A DNA stretch of 64,000 bases from Vicinamibacterales bacterium. Lineage in GTDB: Bacteria; Acidobacteriota; Vicinamibacteria; Vicinamibacterales; CAVVIG01. A program made the translations under genes and the position numbers. Location of the stretch: assembly GCA_965229885.1 (NCBI GenBank), contig CBDDJX010000002.1, positions 509,127-573,126 of the forward strand. The letters run 5' to 3'. Shown piece by piece: positions 44,103-53,600 of this stretch (positions are counted from its first letter, which is position 1; every line of letters begins with the position of its first letter). The notes below the pieces were generated by a model. It ran no database searches. It was not told the origin of the DNA and saw nothing but the letters and a program-made list of their open reading frames with translations.

Positions 44103-46448
44103 TCAAAACCTGTAGGTATAGACGAACTTCGCCGCGCCACGTCGATCCTGCGTGACAAAGCGGTCCATCAGCGCATCGTCGCGCCAGTTCTGCGTATAGA
44201 CGACGAAGAGGTCGTTGCCGGGCTCGAGGATCCACCGCAGCCGGAACTGCCAGCCGAGGACATCGCTGACTGAGTCGAACTGGATGTTGTTGACGAGAGA
44301 GATCCAGGGGCCGAACTGCGTGTCGGCGATCACGCGAAACAGACGCGTCTCGAAGCGCCCCTCGGGCAGATCGACGCGGTTCCATTCGTTCTCGAGGTTC
44401 ACCCGCACGCCGGGACGCGGCCGGACCGCGAGGTTGACAACCACTTCCTGCCGATCACCGGAAAAAAAGCTGCCCAGCTCGACGCTCGACGTCGTGGCGA
44501 GCACGCGCCGGTTCGCCGTGCGCACCTGGAACCGGTAGCGGGTGAAGGTGTACTCCTCTCCGGCCGGTAATATCACGCCAGAGCTGATCCTGAAGTCGCG
44601 CTCGAGCCGCTCATAGCTCGGGATGACGTGCACCTCGACGTCGTCCTGGGACTGCATCTCGACCTGGAAGACGGTGAAGTCCAGACTTCGGCTCAGCAGG
44701 CGGTCTTCCAGATCGGTCCAAATGTCGGCGCTGCTGCCGAACCTCAGCTGGCGGATCCAGGGATGGCGGTCCGGCCGAGGGCCAAAGTGCAGGATCGAGA
44801 GGTATTGACGGAACCCGCGCCGCGGCACGAACCCAATGGCCGGATCGTGGTTCGGCTGCACCTCCATGAACAGGAAGCGGCCGTTCCAGCGGTCGTTTGG
44901 ATAAGCGAGTTGCGCCGTGTAGGCCAGGTTGTCGCCGGTGTTGAGCGGGTTCGTGGCCCAGAAGATGTAGCCGGAGAACTCGAGGGTCTTCGATTCGCGA
45001 AACGTGGAGGTTTCCAGATGGAAATCGAACCCCGCGGTCTGGAGATCGTCTGGCATGAGGGGGCCGCGAGCCTGGCGACGGCTGTAAAACGTTCCGACGT
45101 AGGACTGCGTGAGCAGCCGCCGCTTGAGGCGAAACACGGTGAAGTCTTCGCCCACCGCGTCCCTCTCCTCGCCGGTCCGGACCTGCAGGAACCCGACGTC
45201 GTGGGCCCCTACCTGACCCGTCAGTTTCGCCCCGACGTCGATCTGCTGCGGCACGCCGTTCTCGTCGAGCCCGATCCGTCGACTGAAGAACGGCCGCACG
45301 GCCCCGGTCGACTGCTCGGGGACGAAGAACGTCGACCCATCAAGAAAGAAGTCGCGCTTCTCGGGGAAGAAGAGCGGAAAACGGGTCAGATTGACCAAGC
45401 GCTGGTCGACCTCGATTTGCGCGAAGTCGGTGTTCAGCGTGAGGTTGGCGCGCAGGTCCGGCGTCAGGTTGTAGAAGAGATCGACGCCCACGTCCGCGCT
45501 CGTCTCGAGCGACGTCGGCACCGCCCCGCCGGGGGCATCGAATGTCGTGGAGGCGACGTACGGTTTGATGTCTAACCCGTGCCCCTGGCTGACGTCGCTG
45601 ATGCCGACGAGCAGGCCCGCGTTCGACATTCGCTGGAGCCCCTGATTGCGCCCGTACCCTGTCCAGAGGTTCTCCTCGTTCTTCCGCCTGATCGTCCGTT
45701 GAAAATTGATCCCCCAGGCGGGGGCATTAGGGTCGAAGTTCAGTGTGCGGAACGGGATCTCGATCTCGATCGTCCAGCCGATCTCGCTGCGCCGCACGTG
45801 CGCGTCCCAGATCCCGTCCCAGGCCCTGTTGTCGGGGATACCGAAGCCCATGAGCGAGTCGGCCATGAGCCCCGACGGGTTCATCTCGAAGAGATAGCCG
45901 GACTGCTGGTCCAGGAACGTATCGATCGTCCACATGAACCGGTCGTCGGACAAGAGGTCCTCGTCGCGCTTCATCGTATTGCCGAGCAGGCGGTCCGGTT
46001 CCGAATCGAAGCAGAGCACGCCCATGTAGAGCCGTTCGCGGTCGAAGAGGATCCGCACCTCGGTCCGTTCGGTCGGCGTCCCGCCATTGTCCGGGTCCTG
46101 CTGGATGAAGTCGGTGGCCGGAACCGCGCGATCCCAGGCCTGCTCGTCGAGAATGCCATCGAGCGCGATCCGTTCGCCTTCCTGCAGCCGCTCGGCCGTC
46201 ATCGCCCGGCGGTTGGGAGGTAGACCGTCCGCCTGCTCCTGCGCCACCGCGAGGCCGGCGCCCAGCACCACGACAAAACCAACGAGACGGGCGACACACC
46301 GGGCGCAACACGGGACGAAACGGGATTTGTCCGATCGATTGCCCAATCGAGAATGCCGAACGGAAACCCTCCTGGTGCAAGACCTAAGTGTGCTCTTGGG
46401 AAAGAGCCTCACCGGAACATGTACTGAAGATAACTTAGTGTGGTTCAA
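44103..46448 (-). CDS. DUF5916/CBM9-like exported protein (paralog of 31879-34767)
   Basis: ...DGILDEQAWDRAVPATDFIQQDPDNGGTPTERTEVRILFDRERLYMGVLCFD...DDRFMWTIDTFLDQQSGYLFEMNPSG.... The true start is probably an internal TTG or GTG just before the signal-like ARLVGFVVVLGAGLAVAQ; the 5' coordinate is uncertain. Confidence 0.75.
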   Translation of the reverse strand: MNHTKLSSVHVPVRLFPKSTLRSCTRRVSVRHSRLGNRSDKSRFVPCCARCVARLVGFVVVLGAGLAVAQEQADGLPPNRRAMTAERLQEGERIALDGILDEQAWDRAVPATDFIQQDPDNGGTPTERTEVRILFDRERLYMGVLCFDSEPDRLLGNTMKRDEDLLSDDRFMWTIDTFLDQQSGYLFEMNPSGLMADSLMGFGIPDNRAWDGIWDAHVRRSEIGWTIEIEIPFRTLNFDPNAPAWGINFQRTIRRKNEENLWTGYGRNQGLQRMSNAGLLVGISDVSQGHGLDIKPYVASTTFDAPGGAVPTSLETSADVGVDLFYNLTPDLRANLTLNTDFAQIEVDQRLVNLTRFPLFFPEKRDFFLDGSTFFVPEQSTGAVRPFFSRRIGLDENGVPQQIDVGAKLTGQVGAHDVGFLQVRTGEERDAVGEDFTVFRLKRRLLTQSYVGTFYSRRQARGPLMPDDLQTAGFDFHLETSTFRESKTLEFSGYIFWATNPLNTGDNLAYTAQLAYPNDRWNGRFLFMEVQPNHDPAIGFVPRRGFRQYLSILHFGPRPDRHPWIRQLRFGSSADIWTDLEDRLLSRSLDFTVFQVEMQSQDDVEVHVIPSYERLERDFRISSGVILPAGEEYTFTRYRFQVRTANRRVLATTSSVELGSFFSGDRQEVVVNLAVRPRPGVRVNLENEWNRVDLPEGRFETRLFRVIADTQFGPWISLVNNIQFDSVSDVLGWQFRLRWILEPGNDLFVVYTQNWRDDALMDRFVTQDRRGAAKFVYTYRF

Positions 46449-46828
46449 CGGAACCTCTTTCTCAGCATCGCCGCAGCGCCGATCGGTCTCACCCCTCGCT
46501 GTGGAGTCGCGTCACACGGCGCCTAGCCGCAACGTCAGCGCGTCCATCCACGATCATTGTTGTCATCATGAAAACAATGAACACTACTATGATGCCTAAG
46601 GGGACCGCAATAAGCAGCCACAGTACAGTCCGCAACGCAGGAACGAAGACAGCACCCGGTGAAGGGCTACGGACAGAAAGAATCCAGCCCTTGGGTCCGG
46701 GATTTCCGATTTGCTTGCCCTAGATGGCACCTTTATACACCTATACACCCGAGAGCCGCCGAGCGCGCGAAATTCTGTTCGGCGCACAATCGTCCAGCTC
46801 CAGAGGCCGTCACCTCAGCCCACGCTGA

Positions 46829-47915
46829 GGCGTTGTTGCACGAATCGTCACCGGCCCGCACGATACCCACCGACAGGATCCTCACCGGCCGATGCGATAC
46901 GACACTGGTCGGCCGAGGGCGGTCATCCGATTCAGGATCTCGCAGCCGAGGACGGCCTCACTCCCCTGCCCAGCTAGACTCCGGGCGCGAAGGCGATCCC
47001 CGATGATCGACTTGTACCGGAAGACGGCGTTCTCCACGCGGGCCTGCCGATAATACCCAGCCTCCGCCTTCCACCGACGGCGCCCGATCTGCTTCATCTT
47101 CCGGATCGTGCGATCCCGAGCGCTCGACCGTGGTCTCCGTCGCGACACCCGTGCCGCCTTGTTCGGAGGGACCACGACGATTGCGTCCCGGGCCGTGGCC
47201 GCCGCGTAGAACGCGATCGTGTCGTAGGCCGCGTCGGCCGTGACGCGTGCGAGGTCGGCGTGGAGCGCCTCGATCAAACCGACACCGGTCGTCGCGTCGT
47301 CGACCGTCGCCTCGGTCAACGTGTGGGCCACGATCACACCCGCCCCGTCGACGCCGAGATGGAGCTTCTTCCAGCCGCGCTGGCCGCGACCGCCGTGCTT
47401 GGCCGTGGCCCACTCACCTTCGCCGGCGATCGAGAGGCCCGTGCTATCGACGATGAGATGAATCGGCCCCTTGGCCGGGACGCGGTGCAGCCCGACGGCC
47501 AGGTACCGACTCCGGCGAGAAAGCGTGGTGTGATCGGGCGCCTCGAGATCGACGTCCATCGAGGCGAGGACTGACCGCACAAAGCCCTCCGCTTGGCGCA
47601 AGGGCAGACGGAAGACAAGTCGGAGTGTCAACGTGGTGCTGATCGCGAGATCCGAGAACCGCTGCTGCCCGCCCGGTTGACCAGACGGCGACGGTCGCCA
47701 CGCGTCCCGCGCGTCGGCAGACAGCCACAGCGTCACGTCGCCTCGCTGGACCAGCGCTCGGTCGTATGCCGGCCAATTCCCGACGTGGTATTTCGTCTTG
47801 TACTTCGGTTGAACCCTCGACTCCATAGCGAGATCGTGCGCCACGGGCCCTCAACACGGCCAGGACCTCGACGCTCGCCCACGGGCGCCAAGCTGAGGAG
47901 CCGTGCACCAACGCC
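46829..47915 (-). mobile_element. IS5/IS903-like element, copy C (complete)
   Basis: Terminal repeats GGCGTTGTTGCACGAATCG (46829) and, inverted, GTGCACCAACGCC (47903-47915). Confidence 0.8.
46882..47826 (-). CDS. IS5-family (IS903 group) DDE transposase
   Basis: MESRVQPKYKTKYHVGNWPAYDRALVQRGDVTLWL... full length to ...LGRPVSYRIGR. Confidence 0.9.
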   Translation of the reverse strand: MESRVQPKYKTKYHVGNWPAYDRALVQRGDVTLWLSADARDAWRPSPSGQPGGQQRFSDLAISTTLTLRLVFRLPLRQAEGFVRSVLASMDVDLEAPDHTTLSRRSRYLAVGLHRVPAKGPIHLIVDSTGLSIAGEGEWATAKHGGRGQRGWKKLHLGVDGAGVIVAHTLTEATVDDATTGVGLIEALHADLARVTADAAYDTIAFYAAATARDAIVVVPPNKAARVSRRRPRSSARDRTIRKMKQIGRRRWKAEAGYYRQARVENAVFRYKSIIGDRLRARSLAGQGSEAVLGCEILNRMTALGRPVSYRIGR

Positions 47916-48096
47916 GCGGCGGCGGGTGGCCACGCGTCGCCTCCGGCCGCAGCTCCCGACCGCGAGGAATCACGTGTGGGCCTATGACTTCGTCTTCGAT
48001 ACGTGCACGGATGGCCGATCGCTGAAGTGCTTGACGATCGTCGATGAGTTCACGCGTGAGTGCCTGGCGATCGATGTGGCGGGAAGCATCCCGTAA
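47916..48096 (+). pseudogene. IS3-family OrfB internal fragment
   Basis: ...NHVWAYDFVFDTCTDGRSLKCLTIVDEFTRECLAIDVAGSI, the start of an rve domain. Bounded by the IS5 copy C end and the rve-IS repeat. Confidence 0.65.
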
Positions 48097-48127
48097 GGTA
48101 CAGATAATCAGCCGCCACAGAGAATTT

Positions 48128-48156
48128 GGAATTCGAGACGCACAGGGCCGCGCTCG
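48128..48156. repeat. Solo terminal repeat of the rve-type IS
   Basis: CAGAGAATTTGGAATTCGAGACGCACAGG. Confidence 0.7.
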
Positions 48157-48341
48157 TCTCGCAGAGCCCCTACATCGTCGTCTCGGACGTCGACGCGCAC
48201 CACGCTCGCGCCGCAGCCGAAGGCGCCGAGATCGTGCTGGCGCCAAAGGATCAGGATCACGGCGGGCGGCTCTACTCCTGTCGCGACCCGGAAGGCAACC
48301 TCTGGAACTTCGGCAGCTATGATCCCTGGGAAACGGAGTGA
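48157..48341 (+). pseudogene. VOC/glyoxalase-family C-terminal fragment
   Basis: ...SPYIVVSDVDAHHARAAAEGAEIVLAPKDQDHGGRLYSCRDPEGNLWNFGSYDPW; begins directly at the IS repeat. Confidence 0.6.
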
Positions 48342-48503
48342 CGCGTTGAACCTGGGATGTCGCGAGGCTCGACGTCCGTCGCGGACCGCGACGAGGCATG
48401 CGGATGACCCCGGTCTGTGCCTGTTCGACTGCGCACATTGTGCTCGATGACTGGTGGGCACAGAGCTGCAGGCTTGAGGCGATCCGGACTCTCGTGAAGG
48501 ATT

Positions 48504-49394
48504 TTGATGAGCAAGTCCAATAAGAGGAAGAAAGTGGCTCGGCAGAGGACACGCCAGCACAAGCGTCGCAACCCGGCAGCGGAGGCCAGAACATCGACGC
48601 TGAGCGACTTGATGCTCTACAGGCCAGTCTCACAGATGCTGAATCTCTTCGTCCTGCCTGAGGTCGACAGACGTGTCGCATCTGGTCAACTCGTAGAGGA
48701 CGATCTACCGCTGCACGTGCACACGTTGAGAGTAATCCAGCCAGGCGCCGATCATGTCGTGGAGATCAACGAGCAGGTTCAGCTCACGATCGACGTCGTG
48801 GCGACGAGGCCCATCGAGGCAGAAGGACTTGTACGCCTCGCCGACATCGATGCAGAGAAGTGCGTGCTGCATCCACCTCTTGTTGACGGTAAGGCAAGGT
48901 CATACTTCCTGGTCCAGACGAGCTTCTTGAATCTTCAGACGATGTTCGACTTTACGCAGAACTCGCCGTCTGGTCTCGATATGACTCCCGCGCCTCCGAT
49001 GCGCTACCCGATCGCCGAGTTTGTTAGGGCCCGCGAATTTCTGCAGGTGATTCGCCCTGTCGACAAGTTCCGCCAGTTGGCCGGTGCTGACTGGCCCCCT
49101 GCCCCGGGCTATTACCCGAACGTCGTGGCCCTTCTGCATAAGAACCCTGAGTCGTTGCAGGGCGCTACGCTCGCGGACGCCGTAGCGGGCGCATACGGGA
49201 GAGCTCTGTGGACGAGTAGGCTCGAGGTCTGGGCGGAGGCCAAGTTTTTTCCCGAACGGCTCGAGTATGTTCGGAAGGCCATCGACGAGTATCTCGAGGG
49301 CGACTGGGTGAGTTCCACATACGTCATCGTACCGCAGTTCGAGGGCATCATTAAGGACTATTTGGAGGCGAGTTCGGCTTGCCGGGTTCAATGA
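48504..49394 (+). CDS. Hypothetical protein with a very basic N-terminus (possibly the 5' part of one disrupted HEPN-type gene)
   Basis: 296 aa, MMSKSNKRKKVARQRTRQHKRRNP.... C-terminal ...STYVIVPQFEGIIKDYLEA looks like the first helix of a helical domain continued in the next ORF. Confidence 0.5.
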   Translation: MMSKSNKRKKVARQRTRQHKRRNPAAEARTSTLSDLMLYRPVSQMLNLFVLPEVDRRVASGQLVEDDLPLHVHTLRVIQPGADHVVEINEQVQLTIDVVATRPIEAEGLVRLADIDAEKCVLHPPLVDGKARSYFLVQTSFLNLQTMFDFTQNSPSGLDMTPAPPMRYPIAEFVRAREFLQVIRPVDKFRQLAGADWPPAPGYYPNVVALLHKNPESLQGATLADAVAGAYGRALWTSRLEVWAEAKFFPERLEYVRKAIDEYLEGDWVSSTYVIVPQFEGIIKDYLEASSACRVQ

Positions 49395-49404
49395 GACGTA
49401 GGGA

Positions 49405-49710
49405 ATGGTGCCGAGGGAGTCGTTCAGAGAACAGATGGGGCAACTTAGGAAGTTGATCTTCTCGCGAAAGGTGCTGATGTTCCCGCGCGAGGTACTCGAG
49501 CTAATTCTCGAATCCCTGGAAACCGGAACATTCTGGCGGAAGACCCCGAGGATCAACGACCCAAGGCAGGAAGTTAACAGGCACGGGATCGCTCACGGTA
49601 AGTTCACGGGCTTCGAGTCACGTGACATGGCGCTCAAGTATCTTGTGCTCCTGGACGGGCTAGCACTGCTCCTTCTGCACGACAAGATGTTGACCGATCA
49701 ACTGAAGTAA
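49405..49710 (+). CDS. HEPN-like (Rx4H motif) protein or C-terminal part of the preceding gene
   Basis: 101 aa containing ...EVNRHGIAHGKFTG... followed by ALKYLVLLDGLALLLL. Different frame from 48504-49394, with an 11-nt gap and a TAG just upstream in its own frame. Confidence 0.45.
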   Translation: MVPRESFREQMGQLRKLIFSRKVLMFPREVLELILESLETGTFWRKTPRINDPRQEVNRHGIAHGKFTGFESRDMALKYLVLLDGLALLLLHDKMLTDQLK

Positions 49711-49852
49711 ACCCGACGTCCCCCGTAGTGTGCGAAAACTCCGCCGAGCAGGCGTTGCGCGAGGCGACCCCGGCCGCCAGACCCGCTGACGCCCGATGCG
49801 CGAGACTCAGGCGCGCCCCGCGCCAGCCCTCCGCCTCCGAATCGGTCGCCGA

Positions 49853-50387
49853 CTAAGTGTTGAAGTCAAAGGCGTCGAGCAGTTCCCGCTCGTGGATGAT
49901 GTTGTCGCCGTCGAACATGGCGCGGGTCTTGTGGCCGGTCAGGCGCATGGCGACCCGCTCGGGAACGCTGGCGCGGATCAAGTTGCGGGCGGCGGTGCGG
50001 CGGCAATCGTGGAGGAAGCGGGTCGGCACGCCGGCCGCCTGACAGGCGGTGCGCCAGGTGCGAGGCCAAGTCGAAGAAGCCCTGGCGGGGGGGGATTCTC
50101 GCGCAGGCGGTCGGGGGAAGCCGGGCACAGTGTCGAGCCAGCCCCAGTGGACGGCGAGGGTACACATGCGGTGGAGGGCCGAGGTCTCGCTATTGATGGT
50201 GCCGGTGGCCGCGTCGGGCGAGTTAGTACTGGCGGATCTGATAGGTGGTCAGCGTGGCGGCCTGCGCCTCGCGGCCGAAGAAGGCGACGAGATGGGCGAT
50301 CCGGTCGCGGGCGGTGCTCTGGAACCGGAACTGCCGGACCTGGTAGTCCTGGAGGTAGGCGTCGCTGAGCTCGCCCAGAGTCGGCCC
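49853..50387 (-). pseudogene. Tyrosine recombinase remnant (frameshifted, 5' end cut by IS481 type C)
   Basis: N-terminal SAM-like piece ...LGELSDAYLQDYQVRQFRFQSTARDRIAHLVAFFGREAQAATLTTYQIRQY and C-terminal ...GVPTRFLHDCRRTAARNLIRASVPERVAMRLTGHKTRAMFD.., in different frames. Confidence 0.75.
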
Positions 50388-51435
50388 CCAGGTGTCTTTG
50401 CTAAACACGTTGTTCATCCGGAGTGCTCTGAAAAGAATGGAGTTTCCACACACCCGTTCTGATCAGAGGAGACCCCGAATGAAGCTTCATCGTAATGCGA
50501 AGAGTACCCCGTCCTCGCGGCTGGCCCTGGTGTGCCGCGTCCTGTTCGAGGGCCACAGCTATGCCGAAGCGGCTGCAGGCTTTGCGGTGAGTACCCGGAC
50601 CGTCGCCAAGTGGGTCCGGCGCTTCAAAGACGGCGGCGTGGCGGCGCTGGAGGACGGCTCGTCGCGCCCGGGGGCACCACCTCATCAGACCCCGCCGGCG
50701 GTCGTGGCCCTGATCCGGCTCCTGCGCGTGGAGCACGGCCTGCCGGCGTGGGCGATCGGTCGGGCGCTTCGCGTGCCCCGCTCCACCGTGAGTGCGTGGC
50801 TGCGGCGGTTGGGCGTGCAGCGGTTGCCCGCGCCCCCGCGGGTCCCTGTCCAGCGGTACGAATGGCCGCGGCCCGGCGATCTCTTGCACGTCGATATCAA
50901 GCCGCTGGGGCGCATTGGCTGTGTCGGCCATCGGATCCGTGGCGACCGGCGGCGCGCGACGCGGGGGATTGGGTGGGAATACGTCCACGTGGGCATCGAT
51001 GATCACACTCGCCTTGCGTACGTCGAAGTTCTGGCGGACCAGCTCGGCCCCACCTGTGCCGCCTTTCTGCAGCGAGCGGTCGCCTGGTTCCGGGCGCGCG
51101 GCATCACCACGCGGCGCGTGATGAGCGGCAACGGGAGCGGCTATGTCTCGCGGGCATGGCGTACCACGTGCGAGGCGCTTCGGCTCCGGCATCTGCGCAC
51201 CAGGGCCTACACCCCGCGGACCAACGGCAAGGCGGAGCGCTTCATTCAGACCCTGCTTCGGGAGTGGGCTTACGCCAGGCCCTACGCGTCCTCGCAGGAG
51301 CGCCGCGTCCAGCTCCGCCCCTATGTGCGGTTCTATAATCGCCAGCGACCACACGCGAGCCTCGACTACCAGGCTCCCTGGTCCCGGCTTACGAGCGCTG
51401 CGTGATGAACAACGTGCTTGAACTCAACACCTAGG
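50388..51435 (+). mobile_element. IS481-family element type C
   Basis: About 30-bp imperfect terminal repeats CCAGGTGTCTTTGCTAAACACGTTGTTCAT / inverted ATGAACAACGTGCTTGAACTCAACACCTAGG. Confidence 0.75.
50479..51405 (+). CDS. IS481-family DDE transposase
   Basis: MKLHRNAKSTPSSRLALVCRVLFEGHSYAEAAAGFAVSTRTVAKWVRRF...LLHVDIKPLG...WEYVHVGIDDHTRLAY...SGNGSGY...TPRTNGKAERFIQTL... Confidence 0.9.
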   Translation: MKLHRNAKSTPSSRLALVCRVLFEGHSYAEAAAGFAVSTRTVAKWVRRFKDGGVAALEDGSSRPGAPPHQTPPAVVALIRLLRVEHGLPAWAIGRALRVPRSTVSAWLRRLGVQRLPAPPRVPVQRYEWPRPGDLLHVDIKPLGRIGCVGHRIRGDRRRATRGIGWEYVHVGIDDHTRLAYVEVLADQLGPTCAAFLQRAVAWFRARGITTRRVMSGNGSGYVSRAWRTTCEALRLRHLRTRAYTPRTNGKAERFIQTLLREWAYARPYASSQERRVQLRPYVRFYNRQRPHASLDYQAPWSRLTSAA

Positions 51436-51544
51436 GGCCGAACGTGCGCGCGGGCGGTGCCGTCGCGCGGGGTGTACCGGGCGTGCCGGTCTCGTGCGGG
51501 GTCATGGAATAGGTCCCTCCTTCGCCGTGGCCGCAGGCGGGCGG

Positions 51545-51726
51545 CTGTGCGTCTCGAATTCCCAATTCTCTGGCTGAATCCAGGCTTGAGGCAACGTTGT
51601 GTGGCGCCTGACGCCTGACCTACGCTGTCTCGCGCATGAAGGACCTCCTGCTCACCCTGCTTCACCTGACCGTCATGACCGCGACCCTGGATGCAGCGAG
51701 AGAATTGGGAATTCGAGATGCACAGG
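51545..51726 (+). mobile_element. 182-bp MITE derived from the rve-type IS
   Basis: CTGTGCGTCTCGAATTCCCAATTCTCTGGCTG at the left and GCAGCGAGAGAATTGGGAATTCGAGATGCACAGG at the right. The interior equals the first about 100 bp of the IS, including the first 20 codons of the transposase. It interrupts the ATPase gene. Confidence 0.8.
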
Positions 51727-53424
51727 TCGCCATGGAGGCGCTTCATCAGCGCCAGGTACAGGCAGACTCCCATGCCATCCTGGTGGCCCTCGCTGTGGTA
51801 GGCGCCGGGTGGGTACATTCCCTTGTCGTAGAACGCAACCTCCAGATCGAGCTTACCCTCGGTCGGTTCAAACTTCGCCTTGAACGCCTCTTCGTCCTCC
51901 CCGTTGATCTCGCGGTAGAAGTCACTAAAATCACCTTCGACCGCGTCATACAGGGCGCTCAGACGCTCCTCCGCAACGTTACAGTAGGTGTCGTAGACGC
52001 TCTTGCCGACCTGCGCTGCCTTCTGCGCCCGCTTTTCGGCCCGGCGCGCCTGGCGGGAGGTTTCGAGGCGGTCGTGGGCGAGCGTTAGGAAACTGTGTGC
52101 CGCCACGGAAGCGCTCTGGTCCGGCTTTGCTTTGACGGCCGCCGCGAAGGTTTCGAGCTTCGCTGCCAAAGAAGGCGGCGCTGCGATCCAACTCTGCTCA
52201 AAACGAGCCTTATAGCCAAGCACCTCTTCCACGGTTCCCAGGGATTTGGCGAACGCTGTAAGCTGTTCCACCCACGCGGACAAACCCTTTGAGAATCCAG
52301 CTGGGCCATCTGCGGCGGCATACCGGTAGCACTGCCCCGACCAGGGCGGCAATGTGCCGGGCGTGAGAGGCAATCGCGCCCGCATTCTCCAGGACGCGTT
52401 TCTGCAGGGCTTCCGCTTGCGCCGTCTTCGCGAGCTTGGTCTTCAAATGGTTCTTGAGGTGTTCTTCGTCCTCCCACTCCATATCGCAAAGCGGGCAGCG
52501 CGGTCCCTCGACCAGGGCGAGGCCACGTTGGAAGAACGACCGTTGCTTGACCGCGTCCAAGAGCGCTAGGTCTTCTTCAAGCTTCGCCAGATCGGCAAGG
52601 ATGGCCTTGGTTGCGGTCCCGCCGAGGGCCGCGAATCCAGCCTGGCTCTCTCTGACAGCTTCCAGATCTTTCATCGCCGTTGCCTTGTTGAACGCTGGCT
52701 GCGGTCCTCCTTCGGCCAAGCCTGCGTTCAGCACGGTGTCGGCCGTGAGCTCCATGATCACGGGGAGGGCTAGCACCTTCCGTCGTTGACTGACAGCAGC
52801 GAGCACGTCTTCGGGCGAGAGAGTCTTCACATCAAGATGGCGGCGCAGCGCATCGTCCGCATTCGTCGTATCCTTGTGCCCAGCTGTATAAGCGCTGGCC
52901 ACCTTGTTCTTTGCCGTCGCGAGAACACTACGGATGTTGCCGATCGCTTCGAGCTTAAGGAGCGCCTGAATCTCTTTCGACCGCTCGCCGGCCTCGACGA
53001 GGATGTACTTGATAATCTCCCGGCGGGACAGAGTCAGCTCCGGGTGCTGGGCTGCTTCTTCGAGCAGCGCCCGCACACCAGCATTCTCAGGCTCCAGCGT
53101 GAATGTCTTGGCCGTCTTGACATTGCGTGTTAGGACCGCCGTCTTGCCAAGGTCCGGGAAGTGCAGAGTCAGCGACACCTCGGCCGCCGCCGGATCGTCC
53201 CGGCGGTCGACATGCGGACCGTGCTTTTGGACGCTCAACCCCCCGGTGCCCTTCCCCGACAGGCGCGAGATCTCCCCGGTAAGTCCGAACTGGATCGCAT
53301 CGACGACGCCGCTCTTACCGGAGCCATTGGGTCCCGAAATCACGAAGCTTTCTCGCTGGGGCGTCAACTGCAACTCGCGGATGCCTCGCAGCTCCATGAT
53401 CTTGACGGCCTCAACCTGAATCAC
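51727..53424 (-). pseudogene. Rad50/SbcC-like ABC ATPase with CxxC hook; one frameshift near 52335 and 3'-truncated by the MITE
   Basis: GTG start. MIQVEAVKIMELRGIRELQLTPQRESFVISGPNGSGKSGVVDAIQFGLTG (Walker A). Long helical middle with GPRCPLCDMEW. After a frame change in a G-run: ...DFSDFYREINGEDEEAFKAKFEPTEGKLDLEVAFYDKGMYPPGAYHSEGHQDGMGVCLYLALMKRLHGD (signature-like). Walker B and D-loop are missing. Confidence 0.7.
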
Positions 53425-53600
53425 AGCGCGCCTTCTTCCTTCTTCCGGGCGGAGAAGATGGCGACCAGATCCCCAGCCTTCATCGTGTCACCGGACTTGA
53501 ACAGGGCACGGAGCGCCTTAACCTGTTGTGCGTCGAGGTCTTCGGCATTACCAAGCCTGGTGAAGAAGCCCTCAAGAATCTCGCTCTGGACGGTCGCCAT
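53421..53600 (-). CDS. 59-aa helical protein translationally coupled to the ATPase
   Basis: MATVQSEILEGFFTRLGNAEDLDAQQVKALRALFKSGDTMKAGDLVAIFSARKKEEGAL. AAAGG 8 nt upstream of the ATG. Its TGA overlaps the ATPase GTG (GTGA). Below the ORF-track cutoff. Confidence 0.5.
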   Translation of the reverse strand: MATVQSEILEGFFTRLGNAEDLDAQQVKALRALFKSGDTMKAGDLVAIFSARKKEEGAL

